Shown in pieces: positions 34,719-40,918 of a stretch of 40,918 nucleotides of DNA. Made by a program: the position numbers and the translations under genes. Numbering within the stretch: position 1 is the stretch's first letter; each line of letters begins with the position of its first letter. The stretch comes from an uncultured Planctomycetaceae bacterium (GTDB lineage Bacteria; Planctomycetota; Phycisphaerae; SM23-33), in the NCBI GenBank assembly GCA_964402305.1, contig CAYOBS010000001.1:1-40918 (forward strand), given 5' to 3'. Below the pieces are notes generated by a model that did no database searches, was not told where the DNA came from, and saw only the letters and a program-made list of their open reading frames with translations.

Positions 34719-34837
34719 TCCAGCATCCGTTGGTTACAAACCGCAAAGAGATTGCTTTTTAAGGCCCGATAGGGCCGACAGTATTCAGCCGGCCCTTGGG
34801 GCCCCTTACGGAGTGGCGTAAGCCACCGGAAAAATCC

Positions 34838-34909
34838 CATCGCTCCCATCGCTCCCATGGGTCTTATGGGTCTCATAGGACCTATGGGACCTATGGAACC
34901 CATAGGACC
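34838..34909. repeat. Nonamer tandem array, 8 units
   Basis: catcgctcc catcgctcc catgggtct tatgggtct cataggacc tatgggacc tatggaacc cataggacc. Confidence 0.9.
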
Positions 34910-34993
34910 TGCCGCCCGCGGGGGCACAATCCGTCCAGTATACCGGAATTGGGGGGCGCGGTCATGGGGTTCCAAGACTCTGAATACGCGAAG

Positions 34994-35114
34994 CCTTTGG
35001 AGTGTCCCGGCGCGCCGGGGCCGCTTTGGACCGCAGCCTAATGCGACCATCCGACAAGAGCCAAAGCGGCGAGGTCGCCCCGACTTCGTCGGGTCTTGAC
35101 GCCGCACTCCAAAG
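34994..35114. repeat. Family-C nested palindromic element (short form)
   Basis: cctttggagtg-[tcccggcgcgccgggg]-ccgctttgg ... ccaaagcggcgagg-[tcgccccgacttcgtcgggtc]-ttgacgccgcactccaaag. Confidence 0.8.
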
Positions 35115-35180
35115 ATGGCGCTCTTGCGGGCATACCGTAGGGTCCCACGACTGGCGTACTGCCGATCGCCCTTCAACTGG

Positions 35181-37595
35181 TTACTTCGGCTGGGTGGTCG
35201 TCGTCGAGCGGAGCATGGACTGCTGGATTTTGGCGATCTGTTTGCGGAGTTGCTCGGCGTTCTTGGCTAGTTCGGCCTGGGCCTTGGCGTTTTTCTCCAG
35301 GGCGTCTTTGGAGTTTTCCTTCTTGGCCAGTTCTCTTGCCTCGGCGGCCAACTTGTCCTGCTCTGCCTGGATGGCCTTGAGCCGCGCCGCGAGGTGCTTG
35401 AGCAGTGCAGCTCTGTCGGCGGCATTCTTCGTGGCCACGTCCGCGGCCTCGGCGGCCTGCCGGTCGCGCACATTGTCCTTAGCGGCTGACTCGGCGGCGG
35501 CGGCGGCCCGTGCCTTGGCCACGTCAGCCTCGTCGGCGGCTTCGGCGGCCCGTACCTTGGCCTGCTCGTCGGCCACCTGCTTTGCGGCCGCTTCCGCCTG
35601 TGCCTTGGCGGCTTCCGCCCGTGCCTTGGCCTCCGCTGTCGCGCGGGCTTCTGCTTCGGGGGCGTTGACGGCGCCGGGAGGTATCGGGGCTGACGGGACA
35701 ACGGGCGGCGCAACGGCGGGGGTTGCGGGAATTGATCCCGGCCGGGCGGCAGCCCCGGCGCCCGCCGCGGCCGCCTTGCCAGGCGGCGGGCACTTGATAT
35801 GCACGATGTTGCCCATGAAGACCGGCAGCTTCGGACCCGGCTCGACCTGGAAGCCGATCGCCTGGCTTATGAGCTTGCCCGTCACCGTCGTGCCGCCGCG
35901 GAGCTTGATCGAGACCTGTCCCAGGGCCGCTTCCTGCGGCGCCGTCAGCTCGTCGATGTCCGACGGGCTGACCGTCACCTTGCCGTACTGGGTATCGACC
36001 GCCAGCGACTCATCGGCGATCTGCCCGAAGAGCACATCCTCGTTTCGCAGCGTCATCTCGCAAAGCCCGGCCGCGTCGATGTCGTCGGCGGGCAGGAGCA
36101 CTTGAGAGGCGACCTGCCGGCGGGCTTCAAGCACGGGCCCGAGGTCGAGGTTGAGCTTGAGCGATTCAGCCACCAGCAGGCCTGACAGGACCGACCCGTT
36201 GCGGAAGATGGCCCGGTGCAGGCCGCCCTCCGGCGTGTCGAGCTCGAGCCTTGCCAGTTGGTCGGCCTCGAGGCGGACTTCGCCGTGGAGAGTCTGGTAT
36301 CTGAGGTCCAGGTCGCCGGCGCGGAACGCCAGTTGCTGGCCGCTGCGCAGGATGAGGGTGGGGCGGCTGATTTTGATCTCCGCCGGGCGCTGCGGCGAGA
36401 GCGCGAACGTCGCGGCCAGGAGCTTTTCCGGCGGCAGCGACATCTCGTTGCCGTTTGCCAGTTTCAGGCGAAGCGGGGCGTTGAGCAGCTTGCCGGCGAC
36501 CATCTGCCCGTCGAGCAGGACCACCTGCACGTAGGGGTCGTCGGCGGCGGGGATGCTCAGCCCGGCCACCTTCGCCGCCGGCAGCTCGATCTTGCCATAG
36601 AACGTCTCGACGTCGAACCGCTCGTTGAGGATCGTGCCGAGCAGTTCATCTTCGGTTTCGTTGCGGCGGATGGCCAGGTCGTACTTGTCGTTGCGGGGCA
36701 GGTCGATGTTTCCCATCACCAACGTCGCGCCGCCCATGTTCACGATCAGCTTGCGCAGGTCCGCGGGAACCTTGTCCAGCTCGCGGCGCGGGTTGAAGTC
36801 CTTGAGGAACTTGACGGCCTGGTCGTTGCCTGCCCGCTGGGCCTCGAACTGGCAGATCGCCATGGTCTTGCCGGCCGGAATCTTCAGGGCGAAGTCCACG
36901 AAAAGCTCATCCTGGTTGCGGGTCAACTTCACCTCGGGCCTCATCCGCGAGCCCTTGTTGGTGAATATGTGGGCGATCGCCGGGCGAGAGGAGTCCGCAG
37001 AGTCCGAGGTGACGATGCCCCAGTCCTTGTCGGTGAGGTCCTGCTTGCCGGTGGTGGTGGTCGTGGCGCTGATGGTTCCGCCGAGGTTGCTGTAGTACTG
37101 GACCTTGACGTCCGCGGCGTCGTTGGCGGTGTTCTCGTAGATGTCGATCCACCGCGCGTAGCCGACGGTCGCGTCGATGTATACCCGCCTCCAGACGCGG
37201 ATCGTGCCGTTGACCCACGGGCCGATCTCCACCTCGCGCCCGCTCTTGCTGAGCTTGCCCTCGGCGCCGGCAAACAGCATCTCGCCCATGCGAAGCTGCA
37301 CTCCGCCGTCGTATGCGTCGTTCGTGCCGTCGCTGACCTGCCCGTTGGATGAGATGTCCCATCGCAAGCCCGCCCCGTCGGTCATGTACCAGTTGAAGCC
37401 CACCCGCTGGCTGCCGTCGACGTGGATGCCGGACTCCTTATCGCCCGCGCCCGCCGCCGGGGTAGCGCGCGGAGCTTCGGGGAAATGAGGTAGCACACTC
37501 ACCTGGCCGCGCGCGGCCGAGGCGCCCAGCGCCAGGACAACCCAACAGGCCGCCACACTTGCTATCGCCGCCGTCTTCACGATTCCCATTTTCAT
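35181..37595 (-). CDS. Large secreted repeat protein, paralog B, with a C-terminal Ala/Glu/Lys-rich (TolA-like) coiled coil
   Basis: Start at MKMGIVKTAAIASVAACWVVLALGASAARG (AGGAA RBS). The N-terminal domain (FNWYMTDGAGLRWDI..GTNDAYDGG...YARWIDIYENT) is shared with paralog A. It is followed by ~45-aa beta-rich repeats, then a Pro-rich linker and a ~180-aa AEAKARAEAAKAQAEAAAKQ... region. Confidence 0.8.
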   Translation of the reverse strand: MKMGIVKTAAIASVAACWVVLALGASAARGQVSVLPHFPEAPRATPAAGAGDKESGIHVDGSQRVGFNWYMTDGAGLRWDISSNGQVSDGTNDAYDGGVQLRMGEMLFAGAEGKLSKSGREVEIGPWVNGTIRVWRRVYIDATVGYARWIDIYENTANDAADVKVQYYSNLGGTISATTTTTGKQDLTDKDWGIVTSDSADSSRPAIAHIFTNKGSRMRPEVKLTRNQDELFVDFALKIPAGKTMAICQFEAQRAGNDQAVKFLKDFNPRRELDKVPADLRKLIVNMGGATLVMGNIDLPRNDKYDLAIRRNETEDELLGTILNERFDVETFYGKIELPAAKVAGLSIPAADDPYVQVVLLDGQMVAGKLLNAPLRLKLANGNEMSLPPEKLLAATFALSPQRPAEIKISRPTLILRSGQQLAFRAGDLDLRYQTLHGEVRLEADQLARLELDTPEGGLHRAIFRNGSVLSGLLVAESLKLNLDLGPVLEARRQVASQVLLPADDIDAAGLCEMTLRNEDVLFGQIADESLAVDTQYGKVTVSPSDIDELTAPQEAALGQVSIKLRGGTTVTGKLISQAIGFQVEPGPKLPVFMGNIVHIKCPPPGKAAAAGAGAAARPGSIPATPAVAPPVVPSAPIPPGAVNAPEAEARATAEAKARAEAAKAQAEAAAKQVADEQAKVRAAEAADEADVAKARAAAAAESAAKDNVRDRQAAEAADVATKNAADRAALLKHLAARLKAIQAEQDKLAAEARELAKKENSKDALEKNAKAQAELAKNAEQLRKQIAKIQQSMLRSTTTTQPK

Positions 37596-37663
37596 ACGTT
37601 CCTGCCCGCGATTGCACGAATCATCACCGGGTCCTGGACTCCCCCGCCGTTGCATGTCTTTCA

Positions 37664-39712
37664 TTAACCCTCGATTATGATGCCGCCTTGCGGGTTTTCG
37701 GGCGGCTTGTCGCCGCTGCCGCCGAGCTTCTCGATGACATCCTCGATCCGCTGGCGGACCTCCGGGTCGCTGGCGGACAGGTGCTTCTGGAGGATCGGCA
37801 CGATGCCCTTGCCCATCTTCATCAGTTCTTCGCTGGCGGCCTGGCGGTCCTTGTAGCTCTCAGCCCCCAACTGCCCGAGGAGCTTCTGGAGCTTGTCGCG
37901 AATCTCCTTGGGCGGCAGGGCCTGGCTGCGGGTGATCTGCATGCACTGGCCGATGTAGAGGTCCAGCGTCGGGCCCGGCACTATCTGGAAGCTCAGCACC
38001 TGGGGCGTGCATTGCCCGCGGAGCGTCGAGTTGTCCCACAGCGTCATCGCCGCCCGACCGAGGTGCGTCGTGCTGAAGGTCATGCTCTTGATGTTCTCCG
38101 GCCGGAGTTTCACCACGCCGTAGTCGGTCTGGACCGTCAGGTCCTCCGTGGCCAGCCGCCCGAACAGTTCATCGCCGTTGGACAGGCGGACGGAGTCCAG
38201 CGTGCCGTCGGGCTTTTCGTCGGGCGCCAGCCGGATTTCGGATATCAGGTTGCGCGGGATGGTCAGCTTAGGCCCCAGCACGAGCGTAAGCGGTATGTTC
38301 TCGGGCTCCAGGAAGCCGCCCAATTGCGAGCCGTTGAGGAAGGTCGCGCGATGGATGCCGTTGCCGGGATTGTCCATCGTTATCGACAGCAGGTCCTCGG
38401 CCTTGACGTCGACCGCGCCGTGGCTGGTCCGCAGGCGAAGCCCAAGTGCCGCGCCGTCGAACGCCACGCGGTCGCCCGTCCGCAGGACCATGATCGGCGC
38501 GCCGAATGCGGCTTCCTCCGGGCGGTCCGCGGAGATTCGATACGCCGCCTGCTGGATGTCCTGGAATGGCACGGCCAGGTCGCCGCCGGCGGGCATTGTG
38601 AGCTTGAGCTTATCGGCGGCCGCAATGGACCCGGCGATGATCTGCCCGCCCGCCAGCAGCACGCGGAACTGCCGCTCCTGCCCGCTTATGGCGGCCATGC
38701 CCAGCACCTGCTTTGCCGGCAGCGTCATCGGCCCGAACAGCGTGTTCAGCACGAACGACTCGTTCTCGATCTTCCCGTAGATCGGGTCGCCGTGAGCGGT
38801 AACCACGGTGTCCGCCGACTCGATGCGGGTCAGCTCGACCGAGCCGATGCCGGTGCTGAGCGGCATGTTGACCAGCATTTTCCGCACGGCCGGGGGAAGG
38901 TCCTTCATGACCTTGTAAGGCCGGAGGGTCTTCATGAGCTTGGTCAGCTCATCCACGGAGTTGCCCTGGCTCTCGAAGTAGCAAAGCACGGCCGTCCCCT
39001 TGGCGGGGACCTGGACGGTGTAATTGACGAACACCTGGTTGTTCTGGACGTTGATGGTCGGGCGGAGCTTCGACCGCTCGCCGCAGACGTAGTGCATGAC
39101 GGCGGGGGCGTTGCCGCCCTGGGTCTGCGTGATGAACGCGAAGTCCTTGTCGGTGAACTGGCCCTTGCCGCGGGAGAAGACCTGGTTTCCAATCGTCCAG
39201 TTGGTGCTGCTGTACACGCGGACGGCCAGGGACTGTTCCTTGTCGGTGGTGTTCTCGAAGATGTCCAGCCAGCGCGCCAGGCCCTGGTCCTTGTAGACCT
39301 TGATCCGGCGGTAGATGTTGACGCTTCCGGTGTTGGACGGGCCGATCTCGATCTCGTCGCCTTCGGCGTTTGCCCACCCCTGGCCATTGGAGTTCACGCT
39401 GGCGCCGCCGACCTGGAGGTACAACCCGCCGCTGTAGGCGTAGTTGGTGCCCTGCCCGACGGTTCCGTAGTACTGGATGTCCCAGCGGAAGCCCGCGCCG
39501 TCCGTCATATTGTATGTGAAGTTGACGCTCTTGCCCTGGGGAATGTGCAGGCCGATCTTGTCGTTCTTGACCGACGTTGCCGGCCCCCGCGCGCCAGCGC
39601 CGCCAACGAGGATCCGCCCCCCGCCAAATATAGGCTGGGCGCCGGCCGGCGCTGCCGCCAGCGCCAACGCGCCAAGGCAGATAGCCCCGATGCCCAATTG
39701 CCTGAAAGTCAT
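37664..39712 (-). CDS. Large secreted repeat protein, paralog A, with a C-terminal HEAT-like motif
   Basis: Start at MTFRQLGIGAICLGALALAAAPAGA (the ORF opens at TTG 39742). The same N-terminal domain is present (FTYNMTDGAGFRWDI..GTNYAYSGG...LARWLDIFENT). There are six ~45-aa repeats (x.L.nGd.l.G.l....l.l.t..G.v.l....i..i.f). The tail is KDRQAASEELMKMGKGIVPILQKHLSASDPEVRQRIEDVIEKL. Confidence 0.8.
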   Translation of the reverse strand: MTFRQLGIGAICLGALALAAAPAGAQPIFGGGRILVGGAGARGPATSVKNDKIGLHIPQGKSVNFTYNMTDGAGFRWDIQYYGTVGQGTNYAYSGGLYLQVGGASVNSNGQGWANAEGDEIEIGPSNTGSVNIYRRIKVYKDQGLARWLDIFENTTDKEQSLAVRVYSSTNWTIGNQVFSRGKGQFTDKDFAFITQTQGGNAPAVMHYVCGERSKLRPTINVQNNQVFVNYTVQVPAKGTAVLCYFESQGNSVDELTKLMKTLRPYKVMKDLPPAVRKMLVNMPLSTGIGSVELTRIESADTVVTAHGDPIYGKIENESFVLNTLFGPMTLPAKQVLGMAAISGQERQFRVLLAGGQIIAGSIAAADKLKLTMPAGGDLAVPFQDIQQAAYRISADRPEEAAFGAPIMVLRTGDRVAFDGAALGLRLRTSHGAVDVKAEDLLSITMDNPGNGIHRATFLNGSQLGGFLEPENIPLTLVLGPKLTIPRNLISEIRLAPDEKPDGTLDSVRLSNGDELFGRLATEDLTVQTDYGVVKLRPENIKSMTFSTTHLGRAAMTLWDNSTLRGQCTPQVLSFQIVPGPTLDLYIGQCMQITRSQALPPKEIRDKLQKLLGQLGAESYKDRQAASEELMKMGKGIVPILQKHLSASDPEVRQRIEDVIEKLGGSGDKPPENPQGGIIIEG

Positions 39713-39924
39713 AGCTGTCAGCCCTCTAACATTACGTTCCAAGCCTCGCCGGCGCCCTTCGTCAAGGCCGCTGCGCCGCCGGCCGATACCTTATATGACG
39801 CCGGCAGGTCCCCGGAAGTTCCACGTCGTCCGCATTTGCCGATTGCCCGCAGACCAAAGGAGCCTGGAAACGGCCGGCCTCTTCGCGCATCATCTTATTG
39901 TTGGAAAGGGACCGGGCAATTGCC

Positions 39925-40752
39925 ATGAAAATCCACATGGTCGCCATCGACCTGGACGGCACGCTGCTTAACTCCAGTAAGGAGATCACGCAGACCACCG
40001 CCACCATCCTGCGGGCTGCCCGCGAGCAGGCGGGGCTGAAGATCATCCTGGCCACAGCCAGGCCGCCGCGAAGCGTCATGCCGTTCTACGATCTGCTGGG
40101 CCTCGATACCCCCATGATCAACTACAACGGCGCGCTGGTCATCGACCCGACCTGCCAGCACGTCCTGATGCACCGGCCAATCCCCGCGAAGGTCTGCCGG
40201 GGAATTATCCAACTCGCCCGGCGGACGTACGGCGAGGTGCTCATCTCGGCCGAGGTCATGGACCACTGGTTCACCGACCGGTTCGACCCGGCCTACAACA
40301 CCGAGACAGGCCGGCTCTTTCCGCCCGACACCGTCGCGCCGGTCGAGAGCTGGACCGCCCAGTCCATGACCAAGCTGCTGTTTCTGGGCGCCCCGGCCAG
40401 GCTGCCGGAAGTCGCCGAGGCCATACACCGGGAGTTTCCCCACCAGGTGACGATCGTGCAGATGGAGGACTACATGCTCCAGGTCATGCACGCGACGGTG
40501 TCCAAGGCGCAGGCCCTTCGCGTGGTGGCGGCTGAGATGCACGTGAGGCGAAACCAGGTGATGGCCATCGGCGACAACGCCAACGACGTGGGCATGCTTC
40601 AATGGGCGGGCGTCGCCGTGGCGATGGCCAACGCCGCGCCCCAGGCCCTGGCCGTGGCCGACCACATCGCCGACCACCACGACGCCGACGGCGCAGCCCA
40701 CGCCATCCGCCAAATCATCCTCGAAGGGCTGGAGCCAAACAGAAAGCGGTAG
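39925..40752 (+). CDS. Cof-type HAD-IIB family hydrolase
   Basis: MKIHMVAIDLDGTLL (the DxDGT motif) and GDNANDVGMLQWAGVAVAMANA (the GDxxND motif). Confidence 0.85.
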   Translation: MKIHMVAIDLDGTLLNSSKEITQTTATILRAAREQAGLKIILATARPPRSVMPFYDLLGLDTPMINYNGALVIDPTCQHVLMHRPIPAKVCRGIIQLARRTYGEVLISAEVMDHWFTDRFDPAYNTETGRLFPPDTVAPVESWTAQSMTKLLFLGAPARLPEVAEAIHREFPHQVTIVQMEDYMLQVMHATVSKAQALRVVAAEMHVRRNQVMAIGDNANDVGMLQWAGVAVAMANAAPQALAVADHIADHHDADGAAHAIRQIILEGLEPNRKR

Positions 40753-40918
40753 CCGGTAGCCGGTAGTCGGGAAAAGAGCAAAGGCGGAGCCCGGAACCTG
40801 GAACCCGGAATCCGGGAAAGCGAAAGGCGGAATCTGGAACCCGGAACCTGGGAAAAGCAAAACGGCGGAGCCCGGAACCTGGAACCCGGAATCCGGGAAA
40901 GCGAAAGGCGGAATCTGG
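40749..40918 (+). repeat. (CCGGTAG)n array containing the HAD stop codon, followed by ~81-bp tandem repeats (two identical 55-nt cores) built from GGAACCY heptamers; runs off the window end
   Basis: gg TAG ccggtag ccggtag tcgg..., with the TAG stop at 40750-40752. 40783-40837 is identical to 40864-40918 (ggcggagcccggaacctggaacccggaatccgggaaagcgaaaggcggaatctgg). Confidence 0.9.

Noticed and set aside
32802-37595. Functional link between the stator operon, the ABC-F gene and the TolA-like coiled-coil protein (a Tol/Mot-powered envelope machine)
   Set aside because: The genes are in convergent or separate transcription units separated by repeat-filled spacers. ABC-F proteins are cytosolic translation factors. 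There is no sequence evidence for coupling beyond proximity.

Overview
This is a high-G+C bacterial chromosomal segment. Sampled coding lines are about 65-67% G+C. The gene content includes a PEP-CTERM protein, a prepilin-type N-terminal methylation-motif protein, an anaerobic sulfatase maturase, large signal-peptide proteins and very long spurious antisense ORFs. By inference only, this suggests a Planctomycetota/Phycisphaerae-like genome. I support about 31 protein genes. Housekeeping and metabolic genes: alr, clpC, galK, mntP, an L-fucose-isomerase-family gene, an ABC-F ATPase, a Cof-type HAD hydrolase, an anSME radical-SAM maturase, and motA followed by two motB paralogs. Envelope or secreted proteins: pseudopilin-like, PEP-CTERM, a lipoprotein, a metzincin-like protease, and two giant paralogous repeat proteins. 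I recognised no rRNA, tRNA, CRISPR array, transposase or integrase. Three small low-G+C accessory insertions stand out: (1) a zinc-ribbon plus AbiTii-like two-gene module at 413-1549; (2) a 754-bp HEPN two-gene cassette inserted into the 5' end of mntP and flanked by 55-nt direct repeats; (3) a one-gene cassette of about 45% G+C bracketed by inverted heptamer arrays. The most unusual property of the window is its intergenic DNA. It contains several dispersed families of modular, nested palindromic elements, including a ~300-bp element present three times with copy-specific compensatory stems. It also contains many short tandem 6-, 7- and 9-mer arrays, several of which begin on or within a few nt of a stop codon. 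Other oddities: a single in-frame TAG splits a DUF4140/DUF4139-like gene, there is a DUF2156-GNAT fusion, and galK carries a low-complexity insertion. All family assignments come from reading motifs by eye; no database search was run.
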